A stretch of DNA of 43,322 bases, taken from contig DHFX01000015.1 in assembly GCA_002402455.1 (NCBI GenBank), positions 1 through 43,322 on the forward strand. The letters run 5' to 3'. Positions 9,308 through 17,118 of the stretch are shown here, in pieces. Positions within the stretch are counted from its first letter, which is position 1, and each line of letters opens with the position of its first letter. The stretch is from Candidatus Dojkabacteria bacterium UBA4813 (GTDB lineage Bacteria > Patescibacteriota > Dojkabacteria > SC72). The notes beneath the pieces were generated by a model. That model ran no database searches and had not been told where the DNA came from. It was given only the letters and a program-made list of their open reading frames with translations. The position numbers and the translations under genes are program-made.

Positions 9308-9336
9308 TTGTAAAAGCTTTTTTAACCTTGTATAAT
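9308..9336 (+). promoter_or_regulatory. Sigma70-like promoter upstream of rpsB
   Basis: TTGTAA (9308-9313), an exact 17-nt spacer, then TATAAT (9331-9336). It lies about 90 nt upstream of the rpsB ATG. Confidence 0.55.
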
Positions 9337-9362
9337 CCAGTTGTTTAATTAATATATCTCAT

Positions 9363-9403
9363 ATATCTTTGTTCCAATCCTGGACATAGTCCAACAAAGA
9401 TAT
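9363..9403 (+). promoter_or_regulatory. Stem-loop in the rpsB 5' leader
   Basis: ATATCTTTGTT (9363-9373) is perfectly complementary to AACAAAGATAT (9393-9403). An inner TGGAC/GTCCA pairing lies within the loop. The element sits between the predicted promoter and the Shine-Dalgarno sequence. Confidence 0.45.
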
Positions 9404-9426
9404 TAATAAAAGGAAAGGAAATAAAA

Positions 9427-10563
9427 ATGGCGGAAGTCAAAAAAGAAGTCTTAAAGAAAGCTGAGACTAAAAACAAAAGTTTTCAATTACCGGAGATCAT
9501 AGATTTTCTCAAGGCGGGAGTTCACTTTGGTCACAAGAAGAGTGCTTGGAACCCTAGAATGGAGAAATATATCTATGAGGTTAGAAATGGTATTCACATC
9601 ATAGATCTTGTTCAAACAAGAGAAATCTTGGGAGATGTTTTAGAGCAGTTAGAAAAGTATTCTAACAACGGAAATATTCTTATTGTTGGAACCAAGGGTC
9701 AAGCAGCTTCCGTAGTAGAAAAGATTGCAGAGGAAAGTGGTATGTTTTACATCAACAGAAGATGGATGGGTGGACTATTTACCAATTTTGATGTTATTAA
9801 GAAAAGTATCCATTCTCTAATTAAAATGGAAGAACAATTAGCTCAAGGTTCTGAGGATTTAGTAAAAAAGGAGAAACTTCTTATGGAGAAAGATATCTTT
9901 AGATTGAATAGAATCTATAAGGGTATTAAATTCATGGAAAAACTTCCTGAAGTTGTTATTGTTATAGATAGTCAGGTTGAAAAGAATGCTATTAAAGAAG
10001 CAAGAAAGATGGGAATCCCAATAATTGCCTTAATAGATACGAATTGTAACCCGGATATAATAGATTATCCTATCCCAGCAAATGATGACTCTATAAAAAG
10101 TATTTCTCTGTTTGTAAAACTCTTTGGAGAAGTTGTAGGCAAATCTAAGAAATCTCTAGGGATAATAGGACTAAGAAGGGATCATGAGGCAAAACTAGCT
10201 AGGATGAAGAAGCAATACGAAGAAGAGAAAGAAAGAAGGGAGAGGATGGAAGAGCAGGAAAGAGAAAGGATGAAAGCGTTAAGAGAAGGAAAGGTAGATG
10301 CTAAGAAAATTGGTTCTGTAGTTAGGGTTGTGAAGAGGGAGAAGAACATAGAAGATGAGGTAGCAGAGGCAGAGAAAGTAAAAAAGAGTGCAGACTCCAA
10401 ATCCATTAAAGAATTAGGGCTTTCTGCAAGAACAGAAAAAGCCCTTGTGGGTGCAAAGATCAAGACAGTGGGACAGCTTAAGAAGTTTTCTGAAGAGGAG
10501 ATGAAAAACATTAAAGGGATAGGGGAGAAATCTATAGAGGAGATTGGAAAAGCAATAAAGTAG
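9427..10563 (+). CDS. rpsB: 30S ribosomal protein uS2 with a roughly 125-aa C-terminal extension (charged linker plus HhH domain)
   Basis: The uS2 core contains AGVHFGH, WNPRM, GTK and IDTNCNPD motifs. The extension has an E/K/R-rich linker and ends in [44 protein letters not shown]. Confidence 0.95.
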   Translation: MAEVKKEVLKKAETKNKSFQLPEIIDFLKAGVHFGHKKSAWNPRMEKYIYEVRNGIHIIDLVQTREILGDVLEQLEKYSNNGNILIVGTKGQAASVVEKIAEESGMFYINRRWMGGLFTNFDVIKKSIHSLIKMEEQLAQGSEDLVKKEKLLMEKDIFRLNRIYKGIKFMEKLPEVVIVIDSQVEKNAIKEARKMGIPIIALIDTNCNPDIIDYPIPANDDSIKSISLFVKLFGEVVGKSKKSLGIIGLRRDHEAKLARMKKQYEEEKERRERMEEQERERMKALREGKVDAKKIGSVVRVVKREKNIEDEVAEAEKVKKSADSKSIKELGLSARTEKALVGAKIKTVGQLKKFSEEEMKNIKGIGEKSIEEIGKAIK

Positions 10564-10589
10564 TTAACATTAGTTTTAGGAGATTTAAA

Positions 10590-11309
10590 ATGGCATACAG
10601 AGTAAAAGTGGAAGACATTAAGTCTTTAAGAGCAAAGACCTCTGCAGGAATGGCTCTATGTAAGGAGGCCTTGACTAAGTCCGATGGTGATATGGAAAAA
10701 GCTGTTGAATATATAAACAAAAGAAGTGATGTTATAAGTCGTCTTAGGAATTTAACGGGAGCAAAAATTGGTTTATGTAAATTAGCATTGGAAGAAGCAG
10801 GAAAGGATTTTGAAAAAGCGGTAGAGATTATCAAAGAGAGAGGTTGGAATGAGCCTATAGGGGAAGATCTGGGAGAGAAGATTGAAGGAGTTATTGAATC
10901 ATATGTTCATGGTAGAGAGCAGAAACTAGCAGCTCTTGTTGAAGTTAGATGTAAAACAGATTTTGTCGCAAGAAACGATGATTTTAGAGAGTTCGCTCAC
11001 GAAGTGGTTCTTCAGGTCGCGGCAATGAAGCCACAATATATATCTAAAGAAGATGTACCGGAAAATGTTTTAAAGGAATTAAAAGATCTTTTCACGAAAG
11101 AGGCTAAGATAGAAGGAAAGACAGAGAATATAATAGAAAAAATTGTAGAGGGCAAGATGGAAAAGTTCTACTCAGAAAAGTGTCTTTTACAGCAGAAATG
11201 GTTTAAGGACGAAGGGAAAACAGTTGGAGATCTCTTAAGCAACGCCGTGCAGAAAATGGGGGAGCCTATAGAGATAGCAAGATTTATCCTCTGGGAAGTA
11301 GGCAAGTAA
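10590..11309 (+). CDS. tsf: Elongation factor Ts (short form) with a duplicated N-terminal UBA-like domain
   Basis: LRAKTSAGMALCKEAL...GDMEKAVEYI is followed by a second copy, LRNLTGAKIGLCKLAL...KDFEKAVEII. The core then contains ESYVHG, LVEVRCKTDFVARND and QVAAMKPQY. Confidence 0.9.
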   Translation: MAYRVKVEDIKSLRAKTSAGMALCKEALTKSDGDMEKAVEYINKRSDVISRLRNLTGAKIGLCKLALEEAGKDFEKAVEIIKERGWNEPIGEDLGEKIEGVIESYVHGREQKLAALVEVRCKTDFVARNDDFREFAHEVVLQVAAMKPQYISKEDVPENVLKELKDLFTKEAKIEGKTENIIEKIVEGKMEKFYSEKCLLQQKWFKDEGKTVGDLLSNAVQKMGEPIEIARFILWEVGK

Positions 11310-11411
11310 CTTTTCAATTTCCAAGAATTCTTAATTCCGAGGGACTTCTTCTCTTGTTAAAGTTTCTTTATTGATATACAATTATTCAATAATATTTTAG
11401 AAAAATATTGT

Positions 11412-11957
11412 ATGGACATAGAGTTATTTAAGAAGGATATTGAAAAGTGTATAGACCACTTAAAAGGAGATCTCTCTCAAATAAGAACCGGACGTGCAAA
11501 TCCCGAATTAGTAGAAGAGGTTACGGTGGATGCCTATGGTGTTGCAACTCCCATTAAAAATATTGCCACAATAAGTATTGTTGACGCAAAGACGATTAAT
11601 ATCCAACCTTGGGATAAGTCAATTGTAGATAATCTCGCACATGGGTTGGAAAATGCTAATTTAGGGTTTTCAATAATTTCCGAAGGGGATAGGGTTCTTG
11701 TCAAACTTCCGGATCTTACGGAGGAGAGACGAAAAGAGTATGTAAAGATTATGAAGGAGAGAGTGGAGGATGGAAGAATAGCGGTAAGACAAGTTCGTCA
11801 GAAATATATGAAGGAGATAGATGAAGCCCAGAAAGAAGGATTTTCCGAGGATCAGGCAGATAGGCTAAGAGATGAAATAGAAAAAATTGTAAAAGAAACA
11901 AATGAGAAGATAGAAGAGCTAAGAGAAGAGAAAGAAAACGAGCTTGTGACAATTTAA
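11412..11957 (+). CDS. frr: Ribosome recycling factor
   Basis: The 181-aa protein contains IRTGRANPELVEEV, LPDLTEERRKE and AVRQVR motifs. Confidence 0.95.
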   Translation: MDIELFKKDIEKCIDHLKGDLSQIRTGRANPELVEEVTVDAYGVATPIKNIATISIVDAKTINIQPWDKSIVDNLAHGLENANLGFSIISEGDRVLVKLPDLTEERRKEYVKIMKERVEDGRIAVRQVRQKYMKEIDEAQKEGFSEDQADRLRDEIEKIVKETNEKIEELREEKENELVTI

Positions 11958-11973
11958 ATTTTGTTCCTAAAAC

Positions 11974-13110
11974 ATGTTATCAGCAATTATTAGCGTAATA
12001 CTTTTTATATTCGTAATTGGTTTTTTAACTTTTATTCATGAATCGGGTCATTTTCTTGCAGCCAAGGCAGTTGGTGCGAGAGTTTATGAATTTTCCTTAG
12101 GTTTCGGTCCTAAACTTATTACGAAGAAATATAGAGAGACTCTTTACTGTGTAAGGGCTGTTCCTCTTGGAGGTTTTGTGAAAATATTGGGGGATGGAGA
12201 CCCTAGTGAATATGAAAGGGAAGGAGAGGATCTGAGTAAAAGCAAATTTAATCTGAATAATAAATCTAAGATAGCTCAGATTTTTGTAATGTTAGCAGGG
12301 GTATTTATGAATATCCTTTTTGCAATATTTTTCTACTACATAATTCTTGGTTTTAATGGTTGGAAGACAAGCCCGGTATATGTAGATCTTTCAGATATAA
12401 GCATTGTCGGAGCTGATGTAGAGCAAATGTTGGGATATAGTGTTTTGGAAGATGGAAATGCTATAAAATCCGGTATCCCGGAGTATGGGGTGATTAAAGA
12501 AATTAACGGAATTAAAGTTTGGGATAAAGATGCTTTAACAGCACAGATAAAAGGATCAGAAGAAGTTACTCTTTTGGTCTGTGATGAAACGGGAAAAGAG
12601 TGTGGGGAATATCCCATAGCTGTTAACGAAGAGGGAAAGATAGGAATATTTCTCTCTTACGGTTACATTTTGGATTATTCAGATCATAAACTCTCTGCAG
12701 GACCTCTTTATTTGACAAATAATCTTAAGATAATTGGTAGAGTTCTATCCTCAATGCTTGGAACAGCTAAAGAAACAGGGGACTATTCACCACTATCTAA
12801 TACCGTTTCCGGTCCTATTGGGATATTTCTTCTTATAGATAATCTTAAGACGAGAGGATTTTTAGTGTTTCTTTCTTTAGTAGCGGATCTTTCTATTTCT
12901 TTGGCAATTATGAATCTTCTTCCTGTTCCTGCTTTGGATGGTGGTAGGGTACTTATTGTTGCTCTTGAGGGGGTATTTAGGAAAGATTTTGACGAGAAGT
13001 TAAAAGCTGCCGTTATAAATGGTAGTATGATTCTTTTAATGATTTTAGTAGTATTGATTATGGTAAAGGATATAGTTAATATAGATACTATGAAGGAGAT
13101 GCTTGGGTAA
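11974..13110 (+). CDS. rseP: RseP/RIP-type site-2 protease (M50 with a central PDZ-like insert)
   Basis: HESGHFLAAK (HExxH) lies in TM1 and MNLLPVPALDGG lies near the C-terminus, with a soluble insert between the TM blocks. Confidence 0.9.
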   Translation: MLSAIISVILFIFVIGFLTFIHESGHFLAAKAVGARVYEFSLGFGPKLITKKYRETLYCVRAVPLGGFVKILGDGDPSEYEREGEDLSKSKFNLNNKSKIAQIFVMLAGVFMNILFAIFFYYIILGFNGWKTSPVYVDLSDISIVGADVEQMLGYSVLEDGNAIKSGIPEYGVIKEINGIKVWDKDALTAQIKGSEEVTLLVCDETGKECGEYPIAVNEEGKIGIFLSYGYILDYSDHKLSAGPLYLTNNLKIIGRVLSSMLGTAKETGDYSPLSNTVSGPIGIFLLIDNLKTRGFLVFLSLVADLSISLAIMNLLPVPALDGGRVLIVALEGVFRKDFDEKLKAAVINGSMILLMILVVLIMVKDIVNIDTMKEMLG

Positions 13111-15353
13111 TGGAAGTAAGATTGCCTAATAAAAACAAGAAGAATGTAATAATACTTTCAGTATTAACTTTTGTTTTTCTTGCTTCAGGGAGTTTTCTTT
13201 TATGGAGGGTTAATCAGGAGAAGACTGTAGCTCCGGAGGAGGGGGAGGCAACTTGTGTTTGTCCAGATGGTTATACCTATTTTGCTATGGATAAAGATGA
13301 AGGTGGAAGACTATACTGTGTTAATAATTCGTGGAAGGAAACTATGCCAGCGGCCTGTTATAAGTCTGTAACCAATTGTACTCCACCAGGATCTAGTGGT
13401 GGAAGGGGTTGGGTCAGTACAGATTGTGTCTCATCTACCTCTCCTTCTCAACCATCTATTCCTGATTATTGTGTTGCTGAATATCCTCCTTATAATGCTT
13501 TGCCATATACTACGCCTGTAGCTTCTCAGAAGTCGGAACTTATTATATATTATCGCGCAATTCCCTCATACACAGCATTGGCCCAGTTTGTTATTACGGA
13601 TCCGGATGGGCATGACCATAGTATTACAGCATCTTCAGCCCAAGAAAGAATCCCGACCGGTATAATACTCGAAGCAGGAGAAAAAGTTGTAGTCAAAGCT
13701 GTCTATGAAACCGCAGGAGGGAAGGCTGCAACAGGTTGGCAGGCGGTCAATTCTGGGAATACATGTGGTTCTGGAGCAATGGGACCTCCACAAGGCGGTA
13801 CATGTGAGCGATATCCGAAGGTGGATGTTTCCAGTTATATTTCTTGGGCTGAGGGTTTTAATAATAATCAAAGTTTGATATCTAGACAATGTTGGGCAGA
13901 TGCAAAGGAATGGGAGGGGGATTATGACTTTAATGACTTCTTTATACAATTTTATTATCTTCCTATAAACACATGCGATGCAAAGGATGCTAAATGGGTG
14001 ACCAAGCCGGCATCATCAATACTATATGGGAGATCAATTCCTTTTGAATATGTAACCGGAGACACAGATGGAGTAGAAAGTTCGGATATTACTGTTAAGC
14101 TGGATGGGACATCTGTTCCGGTAACGAAAGTTCCAGCTACAGGTAATGCTGTTAATATTACTGTTAAGGGGACTCTTAATACAAATGGGAGTTTAGCTCC
14201 CGGATCCCACAAATTAGAAATATCTTGGGAGGATGTAAAAGGAGCAGGAGGTGCCCCTTGTTATGCATCTACAACTTTTACGGTGGGTTCAGCACCTATA
14301 AACACATGCGATGCAAAGGATGCTGAGTGGATAATTAAACCAGTATCCAGAATAGAGTTTGGTAAACCATTGTCTTTTGAATACATGACCGGAGACACAG
14401 ATGGAGTAGAAAGTTCGGATATTACTGTTAAGCTGGATGGGACATCTGTTCCGGTAACGAAAGTTCCAGCTACAGATAATGCTGTTAATATTACTGTTAA
14501 GGGGACTCTTAACACAAATGGGAGTTTAGCTCCCGGATCCCACAAATTAGAAATATCTTGGGAGGATGTAAAAGGAGCAGGAGGTGCCCCTTGCTATGTA
14601 TATAGTATGATAACGATACTACCTGAAAATCCGGAGTGGGATATTGAAAAGCAAGTGATAGCAAGATGCACAAATGACTGGACAGCTAATCCTCTTTCAA
14701 ACCTGCTTTACACAATTACCATTACAAATACCAACACGGGTTCTGGGTTTGGGAAGATAGATGTAATTGAAGATACTTTAGATCCTAAAGTAGATCTTAC
14801 TAAAGTAACAGATATTTCTAATGGTGGGGTAGTAGAAAATGGGAAAATTACTTGGAATCTAACTTCTCCACTATCTGATTTTGATCCTGGAGAATCTAAA
14901 TCCTTTACATATTCTATTAGTGTAGGCAAAGAATTTTTTGGAATGTATGAGAATACGGTTATTGCTACTCCTGGAGTAGCTGAAGGATATTCTCCTACGG
15001 ATTTGGAAGTATCGGTTAGTATAGAAGCAAAATGTAATATTGCAGAAGAACCCGAAATACCTGCAGAAGAGTATGTGACACCACCACAAGAGCCTCTCCC
15101 AGGGACAGGAATCTTTGATAATAGCCAAAATTCTCTTCTAGTCGGTTTGGGATTACTAATATTAGGTTTTACTTGGAGAATCTTAGGTAGAGGAATATAT
15201 ATCTCCGTAGAATTATTAGGTAAAGTTCCTAAAAAGATCTCTGTACAGATGAAAGATATAAAGGAAGATGTAAGGGCAAAGAAAAGAATAAAAGAAATGA
15301 AGATTGCAGATAAAAGAAAAAAGAATTTTGAAAGAAAAGTAGTAAAAGATTAA
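13110..15353 (+). CDS. Large cell-surface protein with a Cys-rich N-region, DUF4114-like motif, two 111-aa Ig-like repeats, a DUF11-like domain and an LPGTG sorting motif
   Basis: It has an N-terminal TM/signal. GDYDFNDFFIQF resembles the DUF4114 signature, and LLYTITITNTNTG...DPGESKSFTYSISV resembles a DUF11 repeat. LPGTG (15096-15110) is followed by a hydrophobic segment and then a Lys/Arg-rich tail of about 60 aa. Its ATG overlaps the rseP stop (TAATG). Confidence 0.85.
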   Translation: MEVRLPNKNKKNVIILSVLTFVFLASGSFLLWRVNQEKTVAPEEGEATCVCPDGYTYFAMDKDEGGRLYCVNNSWKETMPAACYKSVTNCTPPGSSGGRGWVSTDCVSSTSPSQPSIPDYCVAEYPPYNALPYTTPVASQKSELIIYYRAIPSYTALAQFVITDPDGHDHSITASSAQERIPTGIILEAGEKVVVKAVYETAGGKAATGWQAVNSGNTCGSGAMGPPQGGTCERYPKVDVSSYISWAEGFNNNQSLISRQCWADAKEWEGDYDFNDFFIQFYYLPINTCDAKDAKWVTKPASSILYGRSIPFEYVTGDTDGVESSDITVKLDGTSVPVTKVPATGNAVNITVKGTLNTNGSLAPGSHKLEISWEDVKGAGGAPCYASTTFTVGSAPINTCDAKDAEWIIKPVSRIEFGKPLSFEYMTGDTDGVESSDITVKLDGTSVPVTKVPATDNAVNITVKGTLNTNGSLAPGSHKLEISWEDVKGAGGAPCYVYSMITILPENPEWDIEKQVIARCTNDWTANPLSNLLYTITITNTNTGSGFGKIDVIEDTLDPKVDLTKVTDISNGGVVENGKITWNLTSPLSDFDPGESKSFTYSISVGKEFFGMYENTVIATPGVAEGYSPTDLEVSVSIEAKCNIAEEPEIPAEEYVTPPQEPLPGTGIFDNSQNSLLVGLGLLILGFTWRILGRGIYISVELLGKVPKKISVQMKDIKEDVRAKKRIKEMKIADKRKKNFERKVVKD
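13962..14601 (+). repeat. Direct tandem repeat, period 333 bp, about 1.9 copies, inside the surface-protein gene
   Basis: 13962-14294 repeats at 14295-14601. The first 30 bp are identical, the next 65 bp or so are strongly diverged, and the last 214 bp or so (14055-14268 versus 14388-14601) differ at only about 4 positions. Confidence 0.95.
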
Positions 15354-15360
15354 AAACTTA

Positions 15361-15369
15361 TGTTATAAT
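15361..15369 (+). promoter_or_regulatory. Extended -10 promoter element upstream of rpsU
   Basis: TGTTATAAT (TGnTATAAT) lies about 30 nt upstream of the rpsU ATG. The -35 is weak. Confidence 0.4.
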
Positions 15370-15399
15370 CACCACGCAATATTATTTAATAAAAACACC

Positions 15400-15600
15400 A
15401 TGGCTGTAATAGTACATTCTAATGAAAATATAGACAGTGCCCTTAAAAGACTGCACAGAGAAGTTCTAAGAGAAAAAACCTTGGATACTTACAGAGAGAA
15501 ACAATACAGAGCTAAAAAGTCTGATGAGAAAATCCAGAAAAGAAGAGAATGGGCAAAGATGAAAAGAAGAAGAAGAGCCGCTAGCAGAAGAGCTAAGTAA
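15400..15600 (+). CDS. rpsU: 30S ribosomal protein bS21
   Basis: The 66-aa basic protein has NENIDSALKRL..E..R and a KKS..EK..R...RRRR tail, typical of bS21. Confidence 0.85.
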   Translation: MAVIVHSNENIDSALKRLHREVLREKTLDTYREKQYRAKKSDEKIQKRREWAKMKRRRRAASRRAK

Positions 15601-15620
15601 ATTGTCACTAATTATACCCT

Positions 15621-16064
15621 ATGTCTCTAACAGATACCCTCAGAAAGGACATGTTTGGCGCAATTAAAAATGGTTTAAAGGATGAATCTGAAATTCTAAA
15701 AATGGCTTTAGCCTCAATAAAAAATGCTCAAGTAGCATCAGATAAAGAATTAACAGATAAAGATGTCCAGAAAATATTAAGAGATCAGGTAAAAAAGATA
15801 AAAGACGCTATAGAACAATTTGAAAAAATGCAAAGAGATGACCTAATTGCCAAAGAAGCCCTTCAACTGGAAGTTTTACAAAATTATCTTCCGCAACCAA
15901 TGAGTGAAGATGAAGTAAGAAAAGTGGTTCAGACAAAAATTAAAGAACTAAATGTAGAAAGTATGAGGGATATAGGTAAAGTAATGGGTGCAGTAATGAA
16001 AGAACTAGAAGGAAAAACAGATGGCAATACCGTTAAGAACATAGTCCAAGATATCCTTAGTTAG
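15621..16064 (+). CDS. GatB/YqeY domain protein
   Basis: The 147-aa protein shows a YqeY-like pattern (L..D...A.K......L......I...E..K..L.D.DV..IL...VK) and follows rpsU, as in many bacteria. Confidence 0.75.
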   Translation: MSLTDTLRKDMFGAIKNGLKDESEILKMALASIKNAQVASDKELTDKDVQKILRDQVKKIKDAIEQFEKMQRDDLIAKEALQLEVLQNYLPQPMSEDEVRKVVQTKIKELNVESMRDIGKVMGAVMKELEGKTDGNTVKNIVQDILS

Positions 16065-16074
16065 GAATCTACTT

Positions 16075-16551
16075 ATGACCCTAAACATTTATAATTGGAC
16101 AAAATTACAAAAATATTTTCCTAATATTGAAGTAACAAAAGAACAGCTTAAAGAGATTCTCTTAAAAACCCTTCTTAATTACAGCAAAGATATGGGTGTT
16201 GGAAATGTAATTTCAGAAATAGACACCATAAACATAATCTTTACATCCTCTAGAGAGATAAAAAGATTAAACAAAGAATTTAGGAAAAAAGATTCTGTAA
16301 CAGATGTCCTCTCGTTTACAATAGAACAAGATCCTTTAATTGGAGAAATATACATCTGTCCGAAGTACATATCTAAGAAATATTCTTTCGAAGAAATCCT
16401 AAGAGACATTCTCCATGGCTTTTTACATCTTTTAGGGTATGAACATAAAGGTTCTTTTTCTGAAGCTTCAAAAGATAATGAAGAGATGTTTGTAAAACAA
16501 GAAGATATGTTGCAAAATGTATTAGATGAAATTAATAACAGGGTTAGGTAA
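16075..16551 (+). CDS. ybeY: Endoribonuclease YbeY (rRNA maturation factor)
   Basis: The HGFLHLLGYEH zinc motif (HxxxHxxxxxH) and the DVLSF motif are present. Confidence 0.9.
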   Translation: MTLNIYNWTKLQKYFPNIEVTKEQLKEILLKTLLNYSKDMGVGNVISEIDTINIIFTSSREIKRLNKEFRKKDSVTDVLSFTIEQDPLIGEIYICPKYISKKYSFEEILRDILHGFLHLLGYEHKGSFSEASKDNEEMFVKQEDMLQNVLDEINNRVR

Positions 16552-17089
16552 CCCGGGGGAAAAATATTCAAATACCAGACACAATGTAGGCTTTCTCTTT
16601 CTGGATGTGTTGAGAGAAATGTTTCTCTACCAAAAGGATATCTCTGCGACAGAGTGGGAGCAAGAGAAGATCTTCTCCTCACAATTGGCTCTCCTAAAGG
16701 AAGGAAGTAGGGTAATAGCTATTATGCAAAAACCCTTGACATATATGAATAGATCCGGGGATGCCGTTAGTAAACTTATTAAAAAGTATGAGATAGTAGA
16801 TTTGGCAGACAACTTTATTTTAGTTCACGACGATCTGGATATCCCCTTGGGTAAATTTAAAATACAGAGAGGGAAATCTCCCCTAGGACACAACGGAGTA
16901 AAGAGTGTTGAAGATAAAATTGGAATGGCCGACTTTAAGAGGGTAAGAATAGGGATTGAAGCAAGAGAAAACAAAAATATCCCCGGAGAAGATTATGTTT
17001 TAACAAAATTTACAAAAGACGAGCAAATAATAATTGATGAGGTTATACAGGAGGCTATAAAGGGAATTCTTGCAGATATTTTAATTTAG
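16526..17089 (+). CDS. pth: Peptidyl-tRNA hydrolase
   Basis: MKLITGLGNPGEKYSNTRHNVGF, MNRSG and HNGVKS motifs are present. It overlaps the ybeY 3' end by 26 nt. Confidence 0.95.
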   Translation: MKLITGLGNPGEKYSNTRHNVGFLFLDVLREMFLYQKDISATEWEQEKIFSSQLALLKEGSRVIAIMQKPLTYMNRSGDAVSKLIKKYEIVDLADNFILVHDDLDIPLGKFKIQRGKSPLGHNGVKSVEDKIGMADFKRVRIGIEARENKNIPGEDYVLTKFTKDEQIIIDEVIQEAIKGILADILI

Positions 17090-17118
17090 CAACTTACCCT
17101 TTATTAATACCCCTTTGG

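Noticed and set aside
13962-14601. A diversity-generating retroelement (TR/VR pair) as the explanation for the diverged patch in the tandem repeat.
   Set aside because: Differences between the copies involve all four bases in both directions and are not adenine-specific. Both copies are coding and in the same gene, and no reverse transcriptase is in the window.
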